The notes: a model not told the origin generated them from the sequence alone. DNA of 64,000 nt from Oligoflexia bacterium (GCA_023701205.1 JAMPXJ010000021.1:10054-74053), one strand, 5' to 3'; numbered from the stretch's first letter, positions 26,650-38,496 are shown. Program-made: numbers and translations.

Positions 26650-27240
26650 TCAGAAAGCCGCGATGGCGGAAACCTGTTCCGCGGTCAGGGCGGGCTCTTC
26701 GAACGTTTCGGCCGGAACTGCTTTCAGTCCGGCCAGGTCTGACTTCGCGGGCGCGGCCGGTTCGCAGGATTTAAGCGCGCTCAAGGCGACCACCTCGGGG
26801 AACTGGAACACCCGCAGGAGCGTGCCCGTGAGTCCGCCCCGTTCGACTTCGGCGGAGTGGTTGGCGAAGACATGATTGATCCGGACGCGGGTGCCCTGCT
26901 CCAGGCGGGAGGTCGGACCGGCCAGGCAGCGCTCCTCGCGGCTGCCGATTCCCGCGCGATCCGGAAGTTCCCGGATCACCTGGGACTCGTGAACGAGCCA
27001 GTATTTTTCCTGGTGCCGCCCGCCGGTCAAAAGCTCGGATTTGAATACGTGTTCGGAAACTTCGAGAAGCCCATCCGAAGCCACGGACCAGACTCGGCTC
27101 GAGGTCCACTTGCCGGTGGTAGGGCTCTTCCAGAGCACCGCGCTCTTGCGGGGGACCAGGCCTCGGGTGTCGGCGAGGGCGCCGGTACTCATGAGGGCCG
27201 TGACGGACAATCCCACGATGGCAAGAAGGCGTGCTCCCAT
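26650..27240 (-). CDS. Hypothetical secreted protein
   Basis: SD gagga; signal ending ALA. Confidence 0.65.
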   Translation of the reverse strand: MGARLLAIVGLSVTALMSTGALADTRGLVPRKSAVLWKSPTTGKWTSSRVWSVASDGLLEVSEHVFKSELLTGGRHQEKYWLVHESQVIRELPDRAGIGSREERCLAGPTSRLEQGTRVRINHVFANHSAEVERGGLTGTLLRVFQFPEVVALSALKSCEPAAPAKSDLAGLKAVPAETFEEPALTAEQVSAIAAF

Positions 27241-27359
27241 GCTTCAGTCCTCTTGGAGAGGAATACAGCAAGGAACGTGCTCGGCGTGGCCGCGGAATAC
27301 CTGGGCTTGAGCCGCAAGCCGGCCCGGAAGGGTGTCGAAGCTTTTGATAGCGAGCTGGC

Positions 27360-28394
27360 TCAGCGCCAGCGGAACAATGCCGACGCCAGCAGCGTGAAAA
27401 CGCCCGTAAAGCCGAGGAGGATTCCACACTGCGGCAGGAGGGTGCCCAGCCCGGCGCCGTCGATCATGATGGCGCGCAGCCCATTGACCACGTGGGTGAG
27501 TGGCATCAGCTTCGCGCCGAAGAGCACCCAGGAGTTGGCGCCCTCGAGCGAGAACCAGATTCCCGAAAGAAAGATCATGGGCCAGGTCATCAGATTGAGG
27601 ACGCCATCAGCGACCTCTTCGCTCGAGATCCGTGCCGCGATGACCAGGCCCAGCGAGATCATGGCCGCCGAGCCCAACCCCAGGAAGAGCAGCAGGTCGA
27701 ACCAGGAGCCCTGCTGACGGAAGCCGATGAGGAGCAGGGCGCCGGCGATGACGAGCAGGGAGGTGACGACCATGAGGAGCAGGCGGGAAGCCACCTGCGC
27801 GGTCAGAAAGAGAAAAGCCGACAGCGGAGTCGCGCGCAGGCGCTTGAGCACGCCGTTCTTGCGATAGCGCACGATCACGTAGCCCACTCCGAACATCGAG
27901 CCGAACATGATGTTCATCGCGAGCAGGCCGGGCAAGAGCCAGTCGGCGTAGCGCAGGGGGCGGCCCGTGAGCGCGCGCGGCTCGACCCTGGGCCGGGGCT
28001 CGGGCAGTCGCGCGAGGGTGTCCAGGAGGAGGCGTTCCGCGAGCTTTCCCTTTTCGGAGCCGCGGTTGAACGAATAGGCGAGGCGCTGCCCGTCAGCCGA
28101 GAATTCCAGGCTCAGGTCGCTTTCGAAGTGTTCGAGCTTCCTTGCGGCGCGGGCCGCATCCTCCATGGGGAGCAGCTGCAGCCCGGGCGTGGCTTGCAGC
28201 AGGCGCAGCGCCGGGGTCTCAATGGCCGAAGCGGGCGAGACGCTGAGCTTGAGCAGCGGTTCCTGCCGGCCCGAATAGCCATAGGTGAAACCCGCGAGCA
28301 CGATGAATGGGAAGAGCAATGTCCAGGCAAGCGTGCTGCGATCGCGATAGAATTCCTTGTTGCGGGCGACGATCAGGGCCCAGAGCTTTCTCAT
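27360..28394 (-). CDS. ABC-2 type transporter permease
   Basis: EFYRDR, LLPGLLAMNI, RKNGVLKRLRATP, FLSGIWF, PLTH. Confidence 0.92.
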   Translation of the reverse strand: MRKLWALIVARNKEFYRDRSTLAWTLLFPFIVLAGFTYGYSGRQEPLLKLSVSPASAIETPALRLLQATPGLQLLPMEDAARAARKLEHFESDLSLEFSADGQRLAYSFNRGSEKGKLAERLLLDTLARLPEPRPRVEPRALTGRPLRYADWLLPGLLAMNIMFGSMFGVGYVIVRYRKNGVLKRLRATPLSAFLFLTAQVASRLLLMVVTSLLVIAGALLLIGFRQQGSWFDLLLFLGLGSAAMISLGLVIAARISSEEVADGVLNLMTWPMIFLSGIWFSLEGANSWVLFGAKLMPLTHVVNGLRAIMIDGAGLGTLLPQCGILLGFTGVFTLLASALFRWR

Positions 28395-29290
28395 GCTTCA
28401 AAACCTTTTCCGGTGAGCTTCAGGAAAAGGTCCTCCAGGTTCCGCGTGCGGATTTGGATCCCCTGGAGGGGAATGCTTCGATCCAGCAGCGCGCGCATCG
28501 TGGCCTCGGGCTGCTCCGTAAGCAGCTCGTAGGACTCGGGGCGTTCGAAGATCTCGCAGCCCGGAATCGGGCCGAGGCTCGTCCCGGCCGGGCCATCCTT
28601 GGGCAGGCGGATCGATAGCCCGCGGAAGTGCTCCTTGAGCAGCTGATCGGGCGAGTTTTGCGCGATGATGCGCCCGTGGTCCATGATCGCGATCTCGTCG
28701 CAAAGCTCGTAGGCCTCTTCCATGTAATGCGTCGTGAGGACGACCGTCTTGCCCCGCCGGCGGATCAGGCGGACCAGTTCCCAGAACCGCCGGCGCGCCT
28801 GGGGGTCCAGCCCGGTCGTGGGCTCGTCCAGAAATACGATCTCGGGATCGTTCACGAGCGCGAGCGCCAGGAGCAGCCGCTGGCGTTGGCCGCCGGAGAG
28901 CTGGGAGGCGTCCTTGTCCCAGAGCTCATCGAGGTCGCAAAGGGTACGGACCTCGGCGAGCGGCGCGCGCCTGCGATAGAATGACGAGAAAAGCGCCAGA
29001 ACCTCGCTCACGCGCAGGAGCTCCGGGAGCGAGGTGGACTGGAACTGGATTCCCATCCGCTCGCGAAAGTCGCGGTCTACGGGCTTGCCATGAAACAGGA
29101 TTTCTCCGCCATCCGGCGGGAGAATTCCCTCGATCATCTCCAGCGTCGTCGTTTTGCCGGCTCCATTCGGTCCAAGAAGCCCGAAGCAGATACCCGGACG
29201 GATCGACAGATCCAGCCGATCCACGGCCGTGAGGCTTTTGTAGCGCTTCGTCAGGGAGCGCGTTTCGAGAACGCGAACGGAAGCGTTCAG
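28391..29290 (-). CDS. ABC transporter ATP-binding protein (start uncertain, possibly CTG 29290)
   Basis: GPNGAGKTT, LSGGQ, FLDEPT, TTH; in-frame VLETRSLTKRY lies upstream of the track start. Confidence 0.9.
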   Translation of the reverse strand: MNASVRVLETRSLTKRYKSLTAVDRLDLSIRPGICFGLLGPNGAGKTTTLEMIEGILPPDGGEILFHGKPVDRDFRERMGIQFQSTSLPELLRVSEVLALFSSFYRRRAPLAEVRTLCDLDELWDKDASQLSGGQRQRLLLALALVNDPEIVFLDEPTTGLDPQARRRFWELVRLIRRRGKTVVLTTHYMEEAYELCDEIAIMDHGRIIAQNSPDQLLKEHFRGLSIRLPKDGPAGTSLGPIPGCEIFERPESYELLTEQPEATMRALLDRSIPLQGIQIRTRNLEDLFLKLTGKGFEA

Positions 29291-29913
29291 GTGAGTCCTT
29301 CTTCCTTGAGGACCTTGGCGACCGCGGGACGAGCGGCGACGCGGGCCAGGTATTTCTGGATCGTGGGGTAAGGCGTGAGGGGAATCTCAAGCCATTGGCA
29401 CCAGCCCAGGACAACGAAGGCGTAGGCGTCAGCTGCCGTGAAGACTTTGTCCATGAGGTAGTCTTTTCCGGCGAGGCGCGCCTCCAGATAGGTCAGCAGC
29501 TCGTTGGACTTATCCACGAGGTGGCCGCGAACGGCGGCTTGCACCGCGGGATCCTCGGAGTACGACTTGACCCCGAAAAGTCCTCCGATGGACTTGTGCA
29601 GGTCGGAGCACACGAAAGATAGCCAGTTCAGCGCTTCGGCGCGCTCGACGGAGCCTGCCGGCGGCAGCAGCTCTTTGCGCGGTGCCTTGTCGGCGACATA
29701 AGCGTGGATGGCGAGGTTCTGGTCGAGCTGCGCTCCTTCGTCGGTGATCAGGATCGGCAGGGTGCCGAGCGGATTGAGCTTCGTGACGAGTGCGACGTTG
29801 GGGTCGGACGGGTTGTCCCAGTCCACCGCGACTGCTTCGTATTTCAGTCCGGACTCTTCGAGCGTGATGTGGCAGGAGGTCGAGCAGGAACCAGCGGAGT
29901 AATAGAGTTTCAT
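29287..29913 (-). CDS. Glutathione S-transferase (beta-class-like)
   Basis: MKLYYSAGSCS, NPLGTLP, WLSFVCSDLHK, FTAADAY; this is the real part of the 1012-aa track ORF. Confidence 0.92.
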   Translation of the reverse strand: MKLYYSAGSCSTSCHITLEESGLKYEAVAVDWDNPSDPNVALVTKLNPLGTLPILITDEGAQLDQNLAIHAYVADKAPRKELLPPAGSVERAEALNWLSFVCSDLHKSIGGLFGVKSYSEDPAVQAAVRGHLVDKSNELLTYLEARLAGKDYLMDKVFTAADAYAFVVLGWCQWLEIPLTPYPTIQKYLARVAARPAVAKVLKEEGLT

Positions 29914-30039
29914 GTCGAGGAATCTACCGAGGGGGCTGAGGAGAGTCAAGCCGGGGAATTTGAAACGGTGGGTCTCCGCGGATGATATGCCGTTGGCTGC
30001 AGCGGCCTCGTTCGATAAGGTGAGGCGCAGGGGGGTTTT

Positions 30040-30603
30040 ATGCGCGCGGACACTGCGAACCGGATGATCTGGATGGCCTTGTTGCTGGTCCTTGTTCCGG
30101 GGTCGGCGCTCGCCGCGAGCGGCGGCTGCGAGGACGAGATCTTCGATCAGGAGCATGCGATCCGTTCCGCCGTTTTTCAGGAGAAGGTTTCCCTCGAGGC
30201 GGGACTCCTTCCGCTGCTCGCGGACCGGAACGCGCGCGATACGGAGATCTGTCTCGGTGTCGGCGTGCACTTCCAGCGGCTCGAGGATCTTTCCAACCGG
30301 ATCGCGGCGCTCAGTAACCTGCGCTACCGGTGCGGGGCCGGGGACGAGAATCTCCATCGGCTCGCGCAGGAGCTTTTCCTGACCTATCGCCAGATGACCT
30401 ATTTTTGCGGGGACGGGGGGCCGGGGAGCCCCGTCCAACCGGGTAATCGCCCTCAACTGCGAGCGGCGATCGGGCGGATTCTGGCGTTCCTGGAAAAGCT
30501 CGCGGAGTATTTCGCCGTCGCGCCGGGGCTCGGAGCCAAACTGTCCCTGGACTCGTTTCGCCCGCTTGATCCGGCAGGTCCGGTATCGCTGAATATCCGC
30601 TGA
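30040..30603 (+). CDS. Hypothetical secreted helical protein
   Basis: Signal peptide ending ALA; fills the gap before oppA. Confidence 0.55.
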   Translation: MRADTANRMIWMALLLVLVPGSALAASGGCEDEIFDQEHAIRSAVFQEKVSLEAGLLPLLADRNARDTEICLGVGVHFQRLEDLSNRIAALSNLRYRCGAGDENLHRLAQELFLTYRQMTYFCGDGGPGSPVQPGNRPQLRAAIGRILAFLEKLAEYFAVAPGLGAKLSLDSFRPLDPAGPVSLNIR

Positions 30604-30690
30604 TTTGCCGAGAAATTCCTTCATTTCCGCCCCGTCTCCGCGTTGGCGCCCGCCTTGCACAAGGCGTTGGAATCGCTTGACGCGAGGGGG

Positions 30691-32310
30691 ATGATGAAAA
30701 TGAGGGACCGATTGCTGAGAGTCGCCGCATTCACGCTGGGGTTGCTGCTGGCCGGAGCCCAAGGGGCATTCGCCGCCAAGAACGTGCTCACTTACGCGCT
30801 TTCGACTGAGCCGCCGCAGCTCAACTCCACGAAGGCTACGGACACGGAAAGTTTCTTCATCCTGGGCCACATCATGGAGGGCCTGACCCGCAACGGACGG
30901 GATGGCGAGACGCTCCCGGGCGTGGCCGAAAAGTGGGAGATCAGCGATCGCGGCGCGACGTTTCATCTGCGCGCGAACGCCCGCTGGAGTGACGGCAAGC
31001 CCGTGACCGCCCGAGACTTCGTCTTTGCCTGGCGCACGGCGGTCGATCCGAAGAACGCCTCGGAATACGCCTTCATCCTTTACCCGGTCCGGAACGCCGA
31101 AAAGATCAACAAAGGCCAGCTCCCTGTCACGGAACTGGGCGTGACCGCCGTGGATGAGCGCACGCTCAAGGTGGTCTTCGAAAAACCATGCGGCTACTTC
31201 CTGGGGCTCACCTCCTTCGGTACGTTCATGCCCGTGCGCGAGGATGTCTACAAGGCCAAGGGCGAGCGCTATGCCGCCGAGGCCGCCGACCTCGTCAGCA
31301 ACGGTCCCTTCAAGCTCACCTCCTGGGTGCATGGCGCCTCGCTCAGGATGGACAGGAATCCCCATTACTGGAACTCCGCGCAGATCAGCCTCGAGGCGAT
31401 CGATATTCCCTACATCACGCCGGATAACAGCGCGCGCTTCAACTTCTTCAAGGCGGGGAAGGTCGACATCCTCGCGGGCCTCGGCAAGGACGACCTGCCG
31501 AAGGCGCAGTCCGAGCGGATGAAGATGCGCAACTTCTCGGATGGGACGTTGCTCTTTCTGGAGTTCAACTTCCGCGAGGGGCGCGTGACGCGCAACAAGA
31601 AGCTTCGGCAGGCGATCGCGGCCGTGTTCAATCCGCAGGAGTACATCTCGCGCGTGGTAGGGATTCCCGGAACGAAGCCCGGCCGCGGGCTCATTCCGGC
31701 CTGGCTGCGGGGCAAGAAGGATCTCTTCCGCAAGGAGTATCCGATCGCCGATCGCCGGCCCGATCTCGCCCGGGCGCGCGCGCTCGTGGCCGAGGCCCGC
31801 AAGGAGCTCGGGGTTGCGCAGCTGCCGCCGCTGGTGTGGCTGACGGGCGATACGCCCACGGCCGCGAAGGAGGCGGAGTACTTCCAGAGCGTGTTCAAGA
31901 ACGCGCTCGGGATCGACCTTCGCATCGACAAGCAGATCTTCAAGCAGCGCCTGGCGAAGATGAGCACCGGCGACTTCGATATCGTCGCGGCGGGCTGGGG
32001 CCCGGATTACGCCGATCCGATGACTTTCGCCGAGCTGTTCACGAGCTGGAACGAGAACAACCGCGGCAAGTACGTGAGCGCGGAGTATGACCGGCTGATC
32101 CGCGCGGCGCAGGCGACCTCGGACGCCGGAGCGCGGATGGATGCGATGGCGCAGGCCGAGCGGCTTGCGCTCGAGGACGTGGCGCTGCTGCCGACCTACG
32201 AGCGGGCGGTGGTCTTCGTGATGAACGATTCCCTGGACGGAGTGATCCGCCACGCGGTGGGACCCGACCCGGACTTCACGCGTGCGCGGTTCGTCTCCAA
32301 CGGCCGCTGA
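30691..32310 (+). CDS. oppA: Oligopeptide ABC transporter substrate-binding protein
   Basis: PGVAEKW, ARWSDGKPVTARDFVFAW, NGPFKL, GWGPDYADP. Confidence 0.94.
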   Translation: MMKMRDRLLRVAAFTLGLLLAGAQGAFAAKNVLTYALSTEPPQLNSTKATDTESFFILGHIMEGLTRNGRDGETLPGVAEKWEISDRGATFHLRANARWSDGKPVTARDFVFAWRTAVDPKNASEYAFILYPVRNAEKINKGQLPVTELGVTAVDERTLKVVFEKPCGYFLGLTSFGTFMPVREDVYKAKGERYAAEAADLVSNGPFKLTSWVHGASLRMDRNPHYWNSAQISLEAIDIPYITPDNSARFNFFKAGKVDILAGLGKDDLPKAQSERMKMRNFSDGTLLFLEFNFREGRVTRNKKLRQAIAAVFNPQEYISRVVGIPGTKPGRGLIPAWLRGKKDLFRKEYPIADRRPDLARARALVAEARKELGVAQLPPLVWLTGDTPTAAKEAEYFQSVFKNALGIDLRIDKQIFKQRLAKMSTGDFDIVAAGWGPDYADPMTFAELFTSWNENNRGKYVSAEYDRLIRAAQATSDAGARMDAMAQAERLALEDVALLPTYERAVVFVMNDSLDGVIRHAVGPDPDFTRARFVSNGR

Positions 32311-32324
32311 ACAGGAGGTCGTCA

Positions 32325-33266
32325 ATGGCCAGCTACATCCTGAAACGAGTGCTCTGGGGCCTGCTCACCGTGTACTTCATCGCGACCGCCACCTTCGTGG
32401 CGATGCATTCGGTGCCGGGGGATCCGATCATGGGTGCCAAGGCGATGTCCCCGGAGATCCGGGCCAACCTCGAGCGGCGCTACGGGCTGGATCAGCCACT
32501 CGGGGTGCAGTACGGGATCTTTCTCGCCAACATGGCCCGAGGGGATTTCGGGATCTCCTACACCCAGCAGAACCGCTCGGTGAATGACATCATCCGCGAG
32601 CACTTTCCGGTTTCGGCGCTCCTGGGGATTCTCGCGGTGGTCGTCGCGACGGCGGGGGGAATCCTCTTCGGATCGATCACGGCGCTCTATCGCAATAAAA
32701 GACCCGACCGGCTCATCATGCTGGGCGTGATCCTGGGGATCTCGGTCCCGGGCTTCGTCTTCGCGGCGCTGGGGCAGTTCGGCCTGACGGAGCTCAACGC
32801 GCTTTCGGGACGCGAGGTGCTGCCGGTGGGCGGCTGGGGGACCTTCTCGCACATGGTCCTTCCCGCGCTGGTGCTGGGCCTGGGGACGATGGCGTTTTTC
32901 ACGCGGCTCATGCGCTCGTCGCTGCTGGAGATCGTGAGCCAGGATTTCGTGCGCACCGCCCGGGCCAAGGGGCTTTCGCCGGTCCGGATCTTCTTCTCGC
33001 ATCAACTTCGTAACGCGATCCTGCCCGTGATCACGATCCTGGGGCCGGCCATCGCCACGATCACGACCGGAGGCTTCGTGGTGGAGAGCGTCTTCGCGAT
33101 CCCCGGACTGGGCCGCTACTTCGTCCAGGCGGTGCAGCAGCTGGATTACACCGTCATCATGGGGCTCACCGTGTTCTACGGAGCGTTCCTGGTCTTCATG
33201 GTGATCGCGGTCGATATCGTTTACGGGCTGGTCGACCCCCGGATCAGCCTGGGAAAGGAAACCTAA
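32325..33266 (+). CDS. oppB: Oligopeptide ABC permease
   Basis: PGDP, YGLDQPL, DFVRTARAKGL, VESVFAIPGLG, VDPRI. Confidence 0.94.
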   Translation: MASYILKRVLWGLLTVYFIATATFVAMHSVPGDPIMGAKAMSPEIRANLERRYGLDQPLGVQYGIFLANMARGDFGISYTQQNRSVNDIIREHFPVSALLGILAVVVATAGGILFGSITALYRNKRPDRLIMLGVILGISVPGFVFAALGQFGLTELNALSGREVLPVGGWGTFSHMVLPALVLGLGTMAFFTRLMRSSLLEIVSQDFVRTARAKGLSPVRIFFSHQLRNAILPVITILGPAIATITTGGFVVESVFAIPGLGRYFVQAVQQLDYTVIMGLTVFYGAFLVFMVIAVDIVYGLVDPRISLGKET

Positions 33267-34683
33267 TGGAAATGACGCCCGCGCTGCCGCGCATGCACGA
33301 AAGGGAAGTGGGAACGCATCCGGATTTCCTGCCAGCCGGGCGGCGGACGGCGGCACAGGTCATCTCGCGGCCCTCGCTGACCTATTGGGAGGATGCCTGG
33401 CTGCGCCTGAAGCGCAACCGCCAGGCGCTGGCTTCGCTCGGGATCGTATCGGCGCTGCTGCTTCTCACGCTCGTCGGGCCCTTGTTCTGGAGGGTAGACC
33501 CCGCGGCGCAGGAGCTCAACCGGATCTCCGAGTCGCCGAGCTTCGGCGTTCGTGCGCGGGTGATCGAGGAGCCCGGGACGTACGAGGAGCTCACGCGAAG
33601 CGACTGGCCCGAAAGTCCGGCTGCTCCGGAGAGGGCCCTGGAGATTCCGCGTGCGATCGGGCTTCTGGACGAGCCCTCGATTCTCGCCGTGCGCCTCAGA
33701 TGGGAACCGGTCGAGGGCGCGGCGGGGTACGTGATCTATCGCTCGGATCGCGCGCCAGAAGGGGCGGGGTCGTACGGTGTTCCGGTGGGGGAGGTGCTCG
33801 GGGGGAACCGCCTGAGCTACGAGGATCGGTTCAATCTCTCCCCAGGCGAATACTATTACACCATAGTCGCGAAAAACGGCATGGAAGCGGACCGGGGCAT
33901 CACACGCAAGGTCGTGCTCGAGCCCGGCATCAGTCTGGCGGACGCGCAGCTCCTGCGCGCGGACGCGCGGGTGGGTGAGATCCTCTCGCTGCCCTCCCAT
34001 CCGCTTGGAACCGATTACCTGGGCCGCGACCTCCTGGCTCGCCTCATGGCGGGCGCGCGGATCTCGCTTTTCATCGGCATACTCGCGCCGCTGCTCTGGA
34101 CTTTCACCGGCGTGCTGCTCGGCGGGTTCGCGGGCTATGCCGGCGGGCGGGTCGACGGCGTGCTGATGCGGGTCACCGACCTGGTCATGGCGCTGCCCTT
34201 CCTGCTTTTCATGATTCTCTTCAAGGTGGTCCTGGGCGGCGGGCCGGGAGAGAGCGGGATCGTGCCGATGCTGCTTTCCATGGTCGTGCTCTCGTGGACG
34301 GGGCCGGCGCGTCTTGCCCGAGGGCAGGTCCTGCAGCTCCGCGAGAGCGAGTTCATCCAGGCGTCGCGGCTTCTGGGGGCGTCGCCCGCCTGGCTGCTCT
34401 TCCGTCACCTGCTGCCCAATACACTCGGGGTCATCCTCGTTTCACTGACCTTCTCCATCCCGAGCGCGATCTTCACCGAGGCGTTCCTCTCGTTCATCGG
34501 AATGGGCGTCGTGCCGCCGACGCCTTCCTGGGGAAGCATGTGCAACGACGGGATCCAGCGCTTTCTCACTTATCCCCATGAGTTTCTTTTTCCGGCGGTT
34601 TTCATCAGCGTGACGGTACTGGCCTTCAATCTGCTCGGCGACGGGCTGCGCGACGCGCTGGATCCCAAGATGAGGAGCGTGTC

Positions 34684-34687
<4 letters not shown>
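33266..34687 (+). CDS. oppC: Oligopeptide ABC permease with an inserted periplasmic FN3-like domain
   Basis: YWEDAWLRLKRN, HPLGTDYLGRD, EAFLSFIG, GDGLRDALDP; insert LRWEPVEGAAGYVIYRS...YYYTIVA. Confidence 0.92.
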
Positions 34688-35705
<1,018 letters not shown>

Positions 35706-35709
<4 letters not shown>

Positions 35710-36677
35710 CGATCCTGGAGCTTCGGAATCTCAAGAAGCACTTCCCGCTCAAAGGCGGCCACACGCTTCATGCCGTGGACGGGGTGAGCTTCTCGCTCCG
35801 GCGCAACGAGGTCCTCGGGCTGGTGGGCGAGAGCGGCTGCGGCAAATCGACGCTCGGGCGCACGCTCGTCGGCCTGTACGAGAAGACCTCGGGAGAGGTG
35901 GTCTACCAGGGGAGGGTGCTGCCGAAAAGGTACGAGGCGGCGGATTTCCGGAAGTATTCGCGCGAGATCCAGATGATTTTCCAGGACCCTTACTCCTCGT
36001 TGAATCCCCGCATGACGGTGAAGGATATCGTCTCGGAGGGACCGCTCCTGCACGGTCTATGGACGCGCGCGCAGGCGCATGAGAGGGCGGGCCAGTGGCT
36101 CGAGCGCGTCGGGCTGCTCCGTGATCACCTTTCGCGCTATCCGCATGAGTTCTCCGGCGGGCAGCGCCAGCGTATCGGCATCGCGCGCGCCCTGGCGCTC
36201 GAGCCCCAGGTCGTCGTGTGCGATGAGCCGATCTCGGCGCTCGACGTCTCGGTTCAGGCGCAGGTGGTGAATCTGCTCGGAGAGCTCAAGGAGACGTTGG
36301 GGCTCACGATCCTCTTCATCGCCCATGATCTCTCGATGGTGCGCTTCATCTCCGACCGCATGGCCGTGATGTATCTCGGGTCCCTCGTCGAGCTGGGAAA
36401 CTCCGAAGCGCTCTGCGCCCGGCCGCTGCACCCCTACACGCAGTCGCTGATCGCATCGAACCCCGAGCCGGATCCCATCCGCGAACGGGCCCGCGCGCAT
36501 CAGGCGCCTCAGGGCGAGATCCCTTCCCCACTGGATCTCAAGCCGGGGTGCCGCTTCGCGGGACGTTGCCCCAGGGCCTCGGCGGAGTGCGCCTCGCGCG
36601 ACCCGCAATGGACCGAGGTGGGCGCGGGTCATTTCGTGGCCTGTCACCTTTTCTCGTCGGGAGGGCGCGACTGCTGA
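35706..36677 (+). CDS. oppF: Oligopeptide ABC ATPase
   Basis: [38 protein letters not shown]. Confidence 0.95.
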
Positions 36678-36680
36678 TTT

Positions 36681-38447
36681 TCAGGCCGGCGGCTCGGATC
36701 CGAACCGGCAAAGCAGGAAAGTCACGTCGTCCTCGAGCGTGGCCCCGGCCCGGAGGCCCAGGAGGTTCTCGCGCGTCTTCTGAACGGCTGCTTCCAGGGC
36801 GGAATGGGATGTCAGCAGAGCCTGGGTGTCCTTCAGCAGTTTCTTGCGGCCATACTGCGCGCCATCGGAGCCCCGCGCCTCGGTCAGGCCATCGGTGAAG
36901 AGTGCCAGGACATCGCCCTCCTGAAGCTGGAATACGGCTTCCTCGAAGACGCCGTCGGGATCATGCCCGAGCGGAGGGTTGGCCGAGCCCGCCAGGGCCT
37001 TCGTCCCTTTCCTCACCACGAAGGGCATGGGATGCCCGGCGCTGCAGTAGCGCATGGCGCCGGTGCGCTTGTCGATCACCAGCAGGCAGAAGGTCATCGC
37101 CATGCGGCCTTTGGAGGTCTCGAAGATCGCCTTGTTGAGGAGCCCGAGGATCCGGCTCGGGGAGGTGATCCGCTGCTGTTCCAGGATCGACGCGGCGGAT
37201 CTGGCGGCGCTCGTGATCAGGGCTGCCGGTGCGCCATGCCCGGTAGCATCCCCGATCCAGAGCAGGACGCGGTCGTCGATCTCGCAGCAATGCCACCAGT
37301 CGCCGCCGCACTCGGAGGCGGGCTCGTAAAACGCGGCGAGCTCGAGCTTTCCCGCCCGAAACCGCGGCGCGGGAAAGAGCGTCTCCTGGACTGTCTTCGC
37401 CGTCTTCAGTTCGCTTTCCATCCGGCTCTTCTCGGCGGTCTCCCGGATCAGCGCCTGGATTTTGACGGCCATCGTGTCGAAGGCGCGAGCCAGGCCATCG
37501 AGCTCGTCGCGGGAACGCCCCTTGAGCCTCATGCGGACAGAGAAGTCGCCCGAGCTGACTCGTTGGGTCATCTTCCAGAGCTGCTGGATCTTGCGAGTCA
37601 GGCTGCGCGCGAGAAGCAGGGACATTCCGATGGCGAAAAGAAGGATGCTGATGCCCAGCACCAGCGAGCGCCGGGAGAGCTCCCGGGCCGCGCCGAAGGC
37701 TTCTTGCTTGGAGATGAGGCTTTTCAGGACCAGTGAGCCGCCGAGAAGCTTCTGGTAACCCACGATGTAGCTGTGACCGCGAAAGGAAAGCTCTTGCATT
37801 CCCGAGTCGAATTCCGATGCGGCAAGCGTTCGCCCCAAGGCGGAGAGGTCCTGGCGAACCCCGCCTTCAGCGACGTTGCTGAAGACCGTGTTTCCATCGG
37901 AATCAGTCAGGTGAACCCGCGTGCCTTCCGAGAGTCTCTCGAAAAGACGGCGCTCCAGCCGAAATAGCAGCGCGAAGCGGCTCGGTGCGTTCCCCGCATG
38001 CCCGGTCTCCGAGGCGGCGCCGATGGCGAGCGCGCCCGAGCCGGCCACGCCGACGAGCTGCCGGTTTTCCGCAAAGGAGCGGTCGTTCCAGCCCAGCTTC
38101 GGAAGAAGCGCCGCGAGCCGCTCCGCCCCGGGGCCGAAACGGGCGCGGGCGGGGGAAAGGATCAGGATTCCCTCAACCCCGAGCTCCTGCACCTCGGCGC
38201 GGTAAATCGACGCGCGACTTTCGTAACTATCCGAGGAGGCCATGATTCGAACGGACCTCGTGGCGAGCTCGACGCGGTCTTCGATCGCGGAGGAGATTCC
38301 CCGCAGGAGGTTCAGGTTATGATCGTAGATATAAGACGCCTTGTCGTCGACCAGGAGCCGGGTGCCGAAGTAGAGGTACGACGACAGGCTGGCCACGAGC
38401 GAGGCCGTGATGAGCAGCGCGATTTTGAGACGTATCGGAATAACCAT
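36681..38447 (-). CDS. Membrane sensor with HAMP and SpoIIE/PP2C phosphatase domains
   Basis: Two TMs; HAMP (DELDGLARAFDTM); GGDWW, GDATGHG, FTDGLTE, DDVT. Confidence 0.92.
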   Translation of the reverse strand: MVIPIRLKIALLITASLVASLSSYLYFGTRLLVDDKASYIYDHNLNLLRGISSAIEDRVELATRSVRIMASSDSYESRASIYRAEVQELGVEGILILSPARARFGPGAERLAALLPKLGWNDRSFAENRQLVGVAGSGALAIGAASETGHAGNAPSRFALLFRLERRLFERLSEGTRVHLTDSDGNTVFSNVAEGGVRQDLSALGRTLAASEFDSGMQELSFRGHSYIVGYQKLLGGSLVLKSLISKQEAFGAARELSRRSLVLGISILLFAIGMSLLLARSLTRKIQQLWKMTQRVSSGDFSVRMRLKGRSRDELDGLARAFDTMAVKIQALIRETAEKSRMESELKTAKTVQETLFPAPRFRAGKLELAAFYEPASECGGDWWHCCEIDDRVLLWIGDATGHGAPAALITSAARSAASILEQQRITSPSRILGLLNKAIFETSKGRMAMTFCLLVIDKRTGAMRYCSAGHPMPFVVRKGTKALAGSANPPLGHDPDGVFEEAVFQLQEGDVLALFTDGLTEARGSDGAQYGRKKLLKDTQALLTSHSALEAAVQKTRENLLGLRAGATLEDDVTFLLCRFGSEPPA

Positions 38448-38496
38448 GTCGCCCGCTCAGTATTCTAAGCTAGAATGGCTGGCGAGGTAATCCTCT

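Noticed and set aside
29287-32325. 1012-aa minus-strand ORF
   Set aside because: Only the last 208 codons (GST) are real; the rest is the antisense shadow of oppA and the upstream gene in high-GC DNA
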